This document shows, piece by piece, positions 1 through 8,920 of a stretch of 64,000 nt of DNA (the stretch's first letter is position 1; every line of letters begins with the position of its first letter). Both the position numbers and the translations under genes were made by a program. The DNA is taken from assembly GCA_038867895.1 (NCBI GenBank), contig JAWBXL010000004.1, positions 3,117 to 67,116 of the forward strand, in the 5' to 3' direction. Source of the DNA: Candidatus Bathyarchaeia archaeon. GTDB taxonomy: Archaea; Thermoproteota; Bathyarchaeia; Bathyarchaeales; DTEX01. The notes below the pieces were generated by a model that worked only from the letters and a program-made list of their open reading frames with translations, was not told the DNA's origin and did not search any database.

Positions 1-344
1 GCCTCTGCTCTTTGATAATCCAAGATTTTGCTCTTAGAGCCCGCCAAACATTTCACCAGCAACAGACACAATATCTTATAAAGAAAATAAATGCAAATCT
101 TTTGCATTAAAACTTTCTGTTATTAATTCATTCGTCTAAAAAAGGCCGAGGATTAGATTAAACATATCCTGAAAGAGCTTAAAGGTCCGCGTTAACGCTT
201 AGAAAGAAAAATTAGACCCATTTGGGTTTTTGATCCTACAGAAGAGCCACATTTAAGTTTAAGGCCCTATCAGATCGGCTATTATGGATGGCACTGAAAA
301 TAGCTATTCTTCCTGACCCCCTGGCGATATTATCTTTCGTAATG

Positions 345-638
345 TTACGCTGCTCTTCTGCGAATAGCACATTTTGGATCTTTGAGCAGTAATATTATTT
401 CCCAGATGATTAATGCTGCCGTTAGCATGGTGAAGCCTAAGGCGGCGGCCTCTGGCGTTAGCTCAAGGAAAGCCCCGCCCTCCATGAAGTAACCCATCAT
501 GCGATCTACGAGAGTCATTATTGTTGCACCCCAGAGAATTAGGCAGAGAATTCTAAGCATATATTTATCATCCTCAGCCCTTGAATACCATATTGGTGTA
601 ACCACTGTGGCTGCAAACGCTAAAATTAGGAGCCACAT
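345..638 (-). CDS. small integral membrane protein (97 aa), unknown function
   Basis: ORF track. Hydrophobic helices. Shares an LWG(A/G)-x-I ... FL pattern with the divergent neighbour at 712-1080. Confidence 0.45.
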   Translation of the reverse strand: MWLLILAFAATVVTPIWYSRAEDDKYMLRILCLILWGATIMTLVDRMMGYFMEGGAFLELTPEAAALGFTMLTAALIIWEIILLLKDPKCAIRRRAA

Positions 639-711
639 GCGCTTTCCACCAATAGGCTTATATTAGTGTTACGAAATATAAAATTTGTGTTACTAAAAGG
701 AGTTGAAGGGT

Positions 712-1080
712 ATGGGGTGTTTTCTAGTTCCTATGGCGTTAGCAATAATAACATCCACCATACAGAAGACTGCGCAGAGCCTATCTGAAAGACTGAAGAT
801 CTGGATCCTTAATGCCCTGCTCTGGGGAGGAGTAATACTGCTGGCGCTGGAGCATATATGGCACGGCGAGATTGTCCCATGGCCACCATTCCTAACTGCT
901 ATGACTAACCCAGCAGACATACCAATAATACTACACGAAATGGCGACGATTGGAACAATGATGACTATTACAACCATCACGACTTGGGGAATAATACTCG
1001 CGGTAAGCTGTTTTATGCAGAAGATTGCGACGGCGAAAATAACGGGGCTTCTTAAGAAAACACTCATTACCACTAAATAA
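712..1080 (+). CDS. small integral membrane protein, apparent paralog of 345-638
   Basis: The track ORF starts at TTG 703. ATG 712 sits about 10 nt after AAGGAG (696-701), so it is preferred. The protein is hydrophobic. The antisense ORF 693-1142 is judged a shadow ORF. Confidence 0.45.
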   Translation: MGCFLVPMALAIITSTIQKTAQSLSERLKIWILNALLWGGVILLALEHIWHGEIVPWPPFLTAMTNPADIPIILHEMATIGTMMTITTITTWGIILAVSCFMQKIATAKITGLLKKTLITTK

Positions 1081-1138
1081 ATCTTAAATCTCTTCTTTTT
1101 TGGTTCTATTTTTTTAAGGTGGCTTCTATTATATTTTC

Positions 1139-1627
1139 TCATCTTGTAGAGTGGGCGTATACGCGTCTTATAATCTCTTCAAGAGCGAATCCCATCACAT
1201 TTATAGCGATTATTGAGCCTACAAGAATCCCTAGTAAACTTAACTCCAACGGTATATTGAATAGGTATGCTAGGTATCCGCCGACTATAACTGTTATAAT
1301 TATTGTTTCGGTGAGGGAACCGAGAAACCTCGCGATGAAACCATTTTTCCTTCCTATCTGATATGCAATGAAGCATGCTATGAAATTCGCAATTGACCCG
1401 CCAATAATGTCTATTGGTCCTAGGCTACCATATATGTTCCCTATAATGCAGCCTAGACTCAAGCCCACGGCGCAGGGCATGCCGAAGACCATTGATAGCG
1501 GTAAAAGTGCATCTGCCACCCGAACCTGCCATACACCGAAGCTTATCGGCGCCAATAAGATAACTGCCACCGCGTAAAGAGCTGCGAAAACTATAGTTAA
1601 CGATACTTCTCTCAGCCTAAATTTCAT
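1139..1627 (-). CDS. queT: queuosine/archaeosine-precursor transporter QueT family (ECF S-component-like)
   Basis: From MKFRLREVSLTIVFAALYAVAVILLAPISFG..VRVADALLPL the protein matches my recollection of QueT N-termini and length (~160 aa). ATG 1627 is preceded by GGGGGTGA 10 nt upstream. The track's TTG 1744 overlaps the TATA-like box. Confidence 0.7.
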   Translation of the reverse strand: MKFRLREVSLTIVFAALYAVAVILLAPISFGVWQVRVADALLPLSMVFGMPCAVGLSLGCIIGNIYGSLGPIDIIGGSIANFIACFIAYQIGRKNGFIARFLGSLTETIIITVIVGGYLAYLFNIPLELSLLGILVGSIIAINVMGFALEEIIRRVYAHSTR

Positions 1628-1742
1628 ATATCCTTTTTCACCCCCACTTTCTGCGGAGGCCGGTTGATTTCCCCTTTCGGCTGCCCTATCATCCAAGGGC
1701 TCGTCACATATGGGGTAGAGGCGGAACTCAACCCCGCCTAAC
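1628..1742 (-). promoter_or_regulatory. GC-rich structured 5' leader of queT (candidate cis-regulatory RNA), downstream of a TATA-like box at 1743-1754
   Basis: Minus-sense ATTTTTATATTT lies at 1754-1743. Three hairpins follow: GGCGG/CCGCC (1738-1720), GCCCT/AGGGC (1700-1683), and CCTCC/GGGGG (1659-1641). The last one pairs with the 5' part of the SD. Confidence 0.4.
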
Positions 1743-1834
1743 AAATATAAAAATCTATTAGTATAAATGTATGCTTAACACTACAAAAGGAGATTAAAGT
1801 AACGAAGCTCTTGTTTTAATAAGTTTATGATCGT

Positions 1835-2278
1835 TTACTTCTTGGTTTCTTCTGGCTCGTTTAGGGTTGCTATAACAGCTATTTCTATTTCCATGCCCTT
1901 TCTGCCGAGCGCTGTAACGCCTATGAGATCTGAGGGGATATCGGCTGGATCCAAGCCATTCTCTCTAAAGAATTCATCTCTAACTTTTGCCATCTTCTGG
2001 TACTTTTCTGAGGCTACTATCCCCTCAGGGAAATCCCCAGCTATATAATATGTTATCTTAACAATGTTATGCAGCGATGAACCCATCTCCTCTAACCTAG
2101 CCTTAACCTTTTCCAGCGCCAACCTTGTCTGAGCCTCTATCCCCTCAACTGGCTTCAAGGTCTCAGGATCAATCCCCTCGGTTCCCGCTAGGAAGACAAA
2201 GCCGTTTGCAACAGCACCTTTAGCCCAATGCATCCGCCTTCCACCATAAAAGAGCGGATATGTTTTTGGCTTTACCAT
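1835..2278 (-). CDS. ridA: RidA/YjgF family reactive-intermediate deaminase
   Basis: FVFLAGTEGIDPET...IEAQTRLALEKVKARLEEMGSSLHNIVKITYYI fits the YjgF pattern. ATG 2278 is preceded by GGGTGGA, whereas the track start 2302 has no SD. Confidence 0.7.
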   Translation of the reverse strand: MVKPKTYPLFYGGRRMHWAKGAVANGFVFLAGTEGIDPETLKPVEGIEAQTRLALEKVKARLEEMGSSLHNIVKITYYIAGDFPEGIVASEKYQKMAKVRDEFFRENGLDPADIPSDLIGVTALGRKGMEIEIAVIATLNEPEETKK

Positions 2279-2456
2279 ACTTCCACCCAAATAAATAGAC
2301 ACGCTCTCTTTTAATCTTGATGTTTATCTCTTAAAAACCTTATGAAAATTATCCCCACCTTCCTCCGATAATAAAACGGGTGAGAAAATTATGACGGAAA
2401 AATTAGGGTTTGACTATAGAGTTTGAAGTCATAATAGTTTTTGAAGTTCCACTGGA

Positions 2457-3893
2457 CTAGGAAATCCCTCTAATCTTTCTTACCTCATGGAGTACTTTGT
2501 GGAGTATTTCCATATCTGGGAGAATACCCTCAGGCGGCTCAACAACCTTCTTTAGTGGGAGTGGAACGTGATCCATACGATATGTCGTTCCCTCCGCTTC
2601 TATTCCAACGAATGCTGATGGAATAACTACGTCAGCCATCAGTGCTGTTGGTGTCATACATGGGTCAATAACCACAAGCGGTGTTTTAACGAGATTTTCA
2701 ACAGCCTTTCTTGGAAAGCTTGAGACCGGATCTGAGGCCACGACAAGCGTTGCATCAACGTCCCCCCTAGATAAAATGTCTATAGCTGATGTCTCTCCGG
2801 GATTATATCTTGGGTATCCATGGGAGAAATCGATGGCATAGGGATATCCCGTCTGCCAAGTAAAGACGATGTTTGCTCCGGTTACATTAAAGTGGCCCCT
2901 CATGGGCATGATAAGGAACTTAGTATACATGTTTAAATCTCTAGTCAACTTTATCGCAACTTCAATATTTCGGGACTTGCCGACACTCATCGTTAAGCCG
3001 AGCCCGAAGAAGAGTATGCCAAACCTAGAATTAACCATAAGGTCTGCAAGCTCCTCAAGCTCTTCAATTGGAACCCCCGCAACACTATCCGCATCGAGCT
3101 CCCCGTCTCTAATTAGAGCCCTGAGGGCCTGCAGGACATCGTAGTCTCCGCCCGGCTCAACCTTAATAAACACGTCAGCCAAGTCGGCAGACCTAGTCCT
3201 CTGAACATCCACAACAACCAGCTTCCTCTCTTCCGGCGGAGGCAGCATCCACTTTTCCTCTTCAGCAGCCTGTAATGCTGCGGCGCCCCCCTTAAGGACC
3301 CTACCTGCAGCCCTATATCGCCTCTTCCTCGCGGACTCAAGAATTAAGCGTGAGAGATAGCGCTTCCACACAGCCCTTTGGAACCTTCCCTCGGCCAAGG
3401 CTGTGTAGCGCTCTAAGTGACGTGGGTGCGCGCTCCATGGGTTGCATCCCCAATAAATTATTAGGTCCGCCCTATGCCTTATCTGCCCAAGAGTGCATCC
3501 CGGTATTCCAACTTCCTGTATTGCTAGGATTGATGGACCATGACAAACTGTGGTAGTGTTGTCTATAACTCCACCCACCTCCTCGGCGAGCTCTAAGCCA
3601 ACCTTTATCGCCTCACAGCTAGTGTTGCTCCAGCCGTAGAGGAGCGGGTAGGATGCCCCTGCGAGAATCTCAGCGCACCTCTTTATTGCCTCATCAAGAG
3701 TTGTTTCGACAAGCTCACCATTCTTTCTTATGAGCGGTTTAGTATTTCTATGCGTAGCATATTCCATGAACTTTGAGGCGCCTAGGGCACACGCATTTCT
3801 AACATCAATAATAGCGTTATTTTCAACAAGCACCTCGATATCATCACAACAGCACCCGCAGAATGGACATAAAACTCCAGAGACAACCTGCAT
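2457..3893 (-). CDS. fwdB: formylmethanofuran dehydrogenase subunit B-like molybdopterin oxidoreductase
   Basis: The N-terminal CPFCGCCCDDIEV motif and overall MopB-like sequence fit FwdB. It is followed by fwdD and sits divergent to ftr. Confidence 0.8.
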   Translation of the reverse strand: MQVVSGVLCPFCGCCCDDIEVLVENNAIIDVRNACALGASKFMEYATHRNTKPLIRKNGELVETTLDEAIKRCAEILAGASYPLLYGWSNTSCEAIKVGLELAEEVGGVIDNTTTVCHGPSILAIQEVGIPGCTLGQIRHRADLIIYWGCNPWSAHPRHLERYTALAEGRFQRAVWKRYLSRLILESARKRRYRAAGRVLKGGAAALQAAEEEKWMLPPPEERKLVVVDVQRTRSADLADVFIKVEPGGDYDVLQALRALIRDGELDADSVAGVPIEELEELADLMVNSRFGILFFGLGLTMSVGKSRNIEVAIKLTRDLNMYTKFLIMPMRGHFNVTGANIVFTWQTGYPYAIDFSHGYPRYNPGETSAIDILSRGDVDATLVVASDPVSSFPRKAVENLVKTPLVVIDPCMTPTALMADVVIPSAFVGIEAEGTTYRMDHVPLPLKKVVEPPEGILPDMEILHKVLHEVRKIRGIS

Positions 3894-3896
3894 TTA

Positions 3897-4295
3897 TTAT
3901 CCCTCGACCCTCTTATTTCCATAGGTTTTTAAAAGTAATTCTTTTATGCCTGGTACCGGTTCGCTTGTGGGCTCAATCTTAACTTTAAATCCCTTGAAGT
4001 TCGGCATTCCAGTTCCCTCCGTCTCGGATGGTAATATGGAGTTGACCCATGGACCGAATGGTATAAAGACTAGTCCCGGCGTCTTAATTCTCTTTGATCT
4101 CTTGGCCTTAACGACAACCGACCCGACAACAGTTGTGACCTTAACATTATCTCCATCCCTCACACCAATCTTAACCATATCCTCGGCATGCATTTCACAA
4201 ACAGCTACGCTCGCCATGTATTTCTCAGTGATTTTAGCGTGCTCCTTAAATTTACCTTGGTTAATGGTTCTACCGGTAATAAGAATAAACTCCAT
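3897..4295 (-). CDS. fwdD: formylmethanofuran dehydrogenase subunit D (molybdopterin dinucleotide-binding beta-barrel)
   Basis: At 132 aa, ILITGRTINQG...VCEMHAEDMVKIGVRDGDNVKVTT is typical of FwdD. A 3-nt gap separates it from fwdB. Confidence 0.75.
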   Translation of the reverse strand: MEFILITGRTINQGKFKEHAKITEKYMASVAVCEMHAEDMVKIGVRDGDNVKVTTVVGSVVVKAKRSKRIKTPGLVFIPFGPWVNSILPSETEGTGMPNFKGFKVKIEPTSEPVPGIKELLLKTYGNKRVEG

Positions 4296-4415
4296 ACTTC
4301 AAGACCATCCAGCCATTTATTCCATCTAAACTCTACTAAGATATTTATTTTTTCTCTAAAAACCTTATTAAGAAAAACATGTTTAAGTTAAGTAAATTAG
4401 CGGAGGCGATATTGG

Positions 4416-5318
4416 TTGTCAGCTCTTAAATATGGAGATGTCGAAATTGAAGATACTTTTGCGGAAATGTTTGAGATGTGGACTAGTAGGGTTTTGATAA
4501 CTGCTGAGAATGAAAAGTGGGCTTTTAGGGCCGCTGAGAGCGCCGTTGGCTTCGCATCTTCAATAATAGGCTCGCCAGCTGAGGCCGGGATAGAGCGGCT
4601 TGTCCCGCCTGAAGAGACGCCTGATGGGAGGGTTGGCATACTAATACATTTTTATCATCGAACAAGAGGCGATTTAAAGAGGCAGATGATTACTAGAATA
4701 GGACAGTGTGTTATGACATGCCCGACAACGGCCGTGTTTGATGCCCTCAAGGAAACCGCCAGGAAACTTAAGGTTGGGAGGAGCCTGCGATATTTCGGCG
4801 ACGGCTTCCAGAAATTCGATGAGTTATATGGCCGAAAGGTGTGGCGCATACCAGTCATGGAGGGCGAGTTTCTAGTTGAGAATAGCTTTGGTGTAAAGAA
4901 GGGTATTGCTGGAGGAAACTTCTTCATAATGGCAAGGGACTTGAAGTCCGGCTTAACCGCCGCCGAAGCTGCCGTTGAGGCCATAAAAAGAAATGTTAAG
5001 GATGTAATAATGCCATTTCCCGGGGGGATATGTCGCTCAGGCTCTAAGGTCGGCTCACTTAAATATAAAATCCCAGCATCAACAAATCACCTCTACTGTC
5101 CAAGACTAAGGGGCATCGTGACGGATACCCGTGTTCCTGAAGGCGTAAATGCGATATATGAGATAGTGATAAATGGGCTGAATTTAGAGGGAGTTAAGGC
5201 TGCTATGGCGGAAGGCCTTAGGGCCGCGGCTAAGGTTCCTGGAGTCATCAGAATATCTGCTGGAAATTATGGGGGGAAACTCGGTCCATTTAAAGTTTAC
5301 CTACGCGATCTGCTCTAG
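4416..5318 (+). CDS. ftr: formylmethanofuran--tetrahydromethanopterin N-formyltransferase
   Basis: VEIEDTFAEMFEMWTSRVLITA...GFASSIIGSPAEAGIE fits Ftr. The protein is 300 aa with a TTG start. Confidence 0.9.
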   Translation: MSALKYGDVEIEDTFAEMFEMWTSRVLITAENEKWAFRAAESAVGFASSIIGSPAEAGIERLVPPEETPDGRVGILIHFYHRTRGDLKRQMITRIGQCVMTCPTTAVFDALKETARKLKVGRSLRYFGDGFQKFDELYGRKVWRIPVMEGEFLVENSFGVKKGIAGGNFFIMARDLKSGLTAAEAAVEAIKRNVKDVIMPFPGGICRSGSKVGSLKYKIPASTNHLYCPRLRGIVTDTRVPEGVNAIYEIVINGLNLEGVKAAMAEGLRAAAKVPGVIRISAGNYGGKLGPFKVYLRDLL

Positions 5319-5328
5319 GAGGAAGCCC

Positions 5329-6036
5329 TCAATCCTCTCTTAATCTTCTTCTTAAGGCTGGGTTTTTATCGGCTAACCTCTTTAACACAACCTCAAATGT
5401 CTCATCCTGGGAAATCTCTCTTTCAATAAATAGGCCCGTCCTTCCAACAGTATCCCGGCGTAGGAGAACGTGAACTCTGTTGAACACTGTTTCAACAGAT
5501 ATCCCAAGCATTTTAGCTACTCTCTCCTCCTGCCCAATAATGCTGCTCTCAACGTGACCGTTCTCCGTCGGCTCAATAAGCATTAACCTCTTATCCACGC
5601 CGGGCACCCTAATATTTCTTTTTAGCATTTCCAGAGTTGCTTCGCCACCAAACTTATAGAACTCCCTCTCAACAGTCCTCATCTTCGAGAGGGGAAAAGA
5701 CACGAATGTCCGCTCATCGACCTCGATATAGCCTTTAACTGCATAGAATGGTGTCGCTTGAATCAATATTCGCCTAGAGATTGGGAATCCAGATAACCTT
5801 AAAGCGTTTTCAATCGCGAATGATGAGTAGATCTCCGAGATAAATACGTCAACATCGCTTTTAGGCGATACATCTCCACGGGCAATACTACCATGAACGA
5901 TGCAGGGAATATTAAATTTTTTAAGCGCCTCCATGAGACATATGGCTTTCTTTCTCAGATCCGCTAACAGTCTCCAGTGCTCGGCGCCATAATTAACCTC
6001 AATCCTCTCAGCGTGGATTAAAGGCTTCTTAGCCAA
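5329..6036 (-). CDS. Pol-beta-type nucleotidyltransferase domain protein with C-terminal HTH-like region
   Basis: The NTase motif HGSIARGDVSPKSDVDVFI (G-S...DxD) is present. The C-terminal ERVAKMLGISVETVFNRV looks HTH-like. Confidence 0.55.
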   Translation of the reverse strand: MAKKPLIHAERIEVNYGAEHWRLLADLRKKAICLMEALKKFNIPCIVHGSIARGDVSPKSDVDVFISEIYSSFAIENALRLSGFPISRRILIQATPFYAVKGYIEVDERTFVSFPLSKMRTVEREFYKFGGEATLEMLKRNIRVPGVDKRLMLIEPTENGHVESSIIGQEERVAKMLGISVETVFNRVHVLLRRDTVGRTGLFIEREISQDETFEVVLKRLADKNPALRRRLRED

Positions 6037-6150
6037 ACCAGCAACCCTTAAACACTTCTTTAATAGAGGTTACCCATAATATTTTATGAGAAACAGATTG
6101 TTGAAAAAAGAAAATGAGAAAGTGAAAACAGTTGTTAAATAAATTTTCTT

Positions 6151-7467
6151 TTAAGGCTTCTCTAATAGCATCGCCATCCCCTGCCCTCCGCCTATGCAGA
6201 GGGCTGCTAGGCCAATTTTGAGATTTCTTCTCCTCATCTCATGTATCATTGTAACCACAAGTCTCGCCCCGGTGCAGCCTATCGGATGCCCAAGCGATAT
6301 GCCACTTCCATGAAGGTTAGTTTTGTTTAAGTCTAGGTTAAGTTCTCTTTGACACGCTATAAACTGGGCCGCAAAGGCTTCGTTGAGTTCTACAACATCT
6401 ATATCATTGATCGTTAACCCAGCTTTATCCAGAACTTTCCTCACCGCTGGAATGGGGCCAAGCCCCATATACGCCGGATCTACACCAGCAGAAGCATAAC
6501 ATTTAATGTATGCTAACGGCTTTAAGCCGAGCTTCTCAGCCTTCCTTTCGCTCATTAGGACCACCGCGGCTGCAGCATCGTTGATGCCGCTGGCATTTCC
6601 GGCGGTTACAGTTCCATCCTTCTTGAATACTGGTGGTAGCTGGGCCATTAGTTCCATGTTTGTTTCCCTTGGGCGCTCGTCAGTATCAAATATTTTGGGC
6701 GGCTCGCCTCTCTTCGCCGGCGGGATCGTGACTGGAACTATCTCCTCCTTAAATATTCCCTCCCTTATCGCCTTCAAGGCCCTTTGATGACTTAAGACTC
6801 CTATTTCATCCTGCTCCCTTCTAGAGATGCCATATTTTTCGGCTATGTTCTCCGCGGTGAAGCCCATATGATAGCCATAGAATATTTCCCAGAGTCCGTC
6901 TAGAACCATTAGGTCCACTAAATCGGCTTTAACATTGACGTCCATTCTATATCCCCAGCGGGCCTTCGGCAACCCATATGGAACTTGACTCATATTCTCC
7001 ATCCCGCCAGCGATAACAACCTCAGCTTCACCAAGGGCTATCTCTTGGGCCCCGAGGGCTATCGCCTTCAGTCCAGAGGCACAAACTTTATTAACGGTGA
7101 AGGCAGGTGTCTCTTTTGGTATTCCAGCATATATTGAGGCCTGGCGCGCCGGGTTCTGCCCCAAACCAGCCTGGAGAACATTTCCCATGATAACCTCGTC
7201 TACGTGCACACCAATCAGCGAATTGTCATAATCATAATATTGTTTTTCAAGGTCTATCATTCCAGCATCCTTGAAGGGTGTTGGAGCATATTTTTTTACC
7301 TTCTCATTAACTATCGGTCTGAGACCAGCCTTCTTAAGCGACTCTTTGATGACTATGCTGCCGAGCTTAACTACAGGTATATCCCTCAGCGCCCCGCCAA
7401 AATTCCCTATAGCTGTTCTAACCCCGCTCACAATGACAACTCTATTGCTCATAGTGACTCGCACCAT
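6151..7467 (-). CDS. acetyl-CoA C-acetyltransferase (thiolase II)
   Basis: VNKVCASGLKA carries the active-site Cys. GNASGINDAAAAVVLMS and the C-terminal CIGGGQGMAMLLE are classical thiolase signatures. Confidence 0.9.
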   Translation of the reverse strand: MVRVTMSNRVVIVSGVRTAIGNFGGALRDIPVVKLGSIVIKESLKKAGLRPIVNEKVKKYAPTPFKDAGMIDLEKQYYDYDNSLIGVHVDEVIMGNVLQAGLGQNPARQASIYAGIPKETPAFTVNKVCASGLKAIALGAQEIALGEAEVVIAGGMENMSQVPYGLPKARWGYRMDVNVKADLVDLMVLDGLWEIFYGYHMGFTAENIAEKYGISRREQDEIGVLSHQRALKAIREGIFKEEIVPVTIPPAKRGEPPKIFDTDERPRETNMELMAQLPPVFKKDGTVTAGNASGINDAAAAVVLMSERKAEKLGLKPLAYIKCYASAGVDPAYMGLGPIPAVRKVLDKAGLTINDIDVVELNEAFAAQFIACQRELNLDLNKTNLHGSGISLGHPIGCTGARLVVTMIHEMRRRNLKIGLAALCIGGGQGMAMLLEKP

Positions 7468-7553
7468 AAACCTAGTTAATTTTAGAATTTATTCTTGGCA
7501 GGCAACATATATATCTTATGCTTCACAGGAAGCCCTTAAGTTACATATGGAGT

Positions 7554-7700
7554 CTACTGGCTCTTCGGCACCTCGTAGAGAACATTATCCTCTGATAAAA
7601 TCAGAATATTACCGCATTTTAGGCACTTAAAATATTTATTAACGGACTTTTCACCCCTCTGCTCTCCTAAAAGCATAACTTCGCCATGCTCGCACTTCAT
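7554..7700 (-). CDS. small (48 aa) putative zinc-ribbon protein, below the ORF-track cutoff
   Basis: My own translation gives MKCEHGEVMLLGEQRGEKSVNKYFKCLKCGNILILSEDNVLYEVPKSQ, with C-x-H ... C-x2-C. An AT-rich TATA-like stretch lies upstream. Confidence 0.3.
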   Translation of the reverse strand: MKCEHGEVMLLGEQRGEKSVNKYFKCLKCGNILILSEDNVLYEVPKSQ

Positions 7701-7791
7701 TTCTTTTACCCGAAAGTAACATTAATCACTCCCCTTATATATTTATTTTTATTCTACTCATCTCAAGAAGAGAACATACTGGTGTGCACCC

Positions 7792-8904
7792 TTGAGTGAG
7801 ATATATCTCTTTTTAATTTCCTTCCTGATATTCTGGCTACTGATGTATATTCTCGGCAGGAGAATTCTTCCAAAAAAATATGGCTTAAGCATCCAGCCAT
7901 TTTTCATTAAATGGGAGTCAAGAAGATTCAGGGATTTCCTATATAAATGTTCAAATAAATGGAGATTGTTCTGGAGAATCTTCTCTTGGATAAGCGTATT
8001 TATCGGTTTCGGATTAACATGCTTTTCACTGGTCTTCTTCTCATGGAATATTATCAGAGCTACCTTCTTTTATGAGCGGGTTTCCTCAGCGACCCTGGTT
8101 ATACCAGGAGTAACCCTAAAGTTATATTGGCTACCATATTTTTTGATCGCGGTTGTCATAACAGTTCTTCTCCACGAATCTGCGCATGGAATAGTCGCCT
8201 CAAATGAAGGTTTAAGTATAAAGTCTGCTGGGGCGCTGCTACTAGCGATCTTCTTTGGGGGCTTCGTTGAGCTGGACGAGAATGAGTTAAACAAGGCTTC
8301 ACGCGCCACCAGAATGAAGATTTTTTCAGCTGGTTCAGCGTCAAACATGCTTGGCGGACTAATAGTTCTCCTTCTTCTCTCAGGACTCTTTATCCAAAGT
8401 CCCTCAGGCCTAATAATCCTCGAAACACTTGAGGGGGGGCCACTCCAGAGGGCGGGCATCGGGCCCTGGGACATAATATATACATTAAATAACCAGAAAA
8501 TCCGCACTCTACAAGATTTGGCGGATTTTATGTCTAATATTAGGCCTGGGGAGAAAATTATTGTTGGGACGGGAAGGGGAGACTTTATCATAACCGCCGC
8601 GCCAAGCCCTGATGGAAGCCAGAGAGCCATTATTGGGCTTGTCTCGTCGCTCCCATATTATCCAAGTATGCTTAGGTTTGGCTATCTACTCGACGCACAA
8701 ATATACCTCACATTAAATTGGCTGTTCATAATGCTTATTAGCGTCGCAATATTTAATATGCTTCCAATCCCGCAGCTCGATGGAGACAAGTTACTCCAAT
8801 GCCTACTTGAGAAGACCCCTAAAGCAGGAGCAGTATTAAAGAGAACCTTTAATGCGCTATCAATTTTTCTGCTTATTGCAAATATAATAATATCAAGCGT
8901 CTAA
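7792..8904 (+). CDS. site-2 protease (peptidase M50) with PDZ domain
   Basis: HESAHG (HExxH) sits in a TM helix. The protein has FNMLPIPQLDGDKLL, a central PDZ-like segment, several TM helices, and a TTG start. Confidence 0.8.
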   Translation: MSEIYLFLISFLIFWLLMYILGRRILPKKYGLSIQPFFIKWESRRFRDFLYKCSNKWRLFWRIFSWISVFIGFGLTCFSLVFFSWNIIRATFFYERVSSATLVIPGVTLKLYWLPYFLIAVVITVLLHESAHGIVASNEGLSIKSAGALLLAIFFGGFVELDENELNKASRATRMKIFSAGSASNMLGGLIVLLLLSGLFIQSPSGLIILETLEGGPLQRAGIGPWDIIYTLNNQKIRTLQDLADFMSNIRPGEKIIVGTGRGDFIITAAPSPDGSQRAIIGLVSSLPYYPSMLRFGYLLDAQIYLTLNWLFIMLISVAIFNMLPIPQLDGDKLLQCLLEKTPKAGAVLKRTFNALSIFLLIANIIISSV

Positions 8905-8920
8905 TGGATTACTAATTGGA

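Noticed and set aside
693-1142. 149-aa minus-strand ORF overlapping 712-1080
   Set aside because: It is a shadow of the plus-strand membrane protein gene, which has an SD and a paralog next door. The same reasoning applies to 8070-8630, 11997-12587, 37510-37842 and the many 60-130-aa antisense ORFs inside confident genes.
1638-1660. Identification of the CCTCC-gcagaaagt-GGGGG-tgaaaaagga element as a canonical preQ1-I riboswitch
   Set aside because: The stem length, 9-nt loop containing GCAG, and A-rich tail resemble the T. tengcongensis aptamer. However, the unpaired ligand-pairing C before the 3' stem strand is absent, and the loop has no CC to pair with the tail GG for the pseudoknot. It is kept only as a generic structured-leader hypothesis.
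1683-1700. Box C/D or K-loop reading of GCCCT-TGGATGAT-AGGGC
   Set aside because: GGATGAT is not an exact RUGAUGA C box, and no CUGA D box or guide arrangement is present.
1628-1744. The track's 39-aa N-terminal extension of QueT starting at TTG 1744
   Set aside because: The TTG overlaps the only TATA-like box, so it probably lies upstream of the TSS. The extension is hydrophilic and GC-rich, unlike QueT N-termini. ATG 1627 has a strong SD. The region is treated as a 5' leader.
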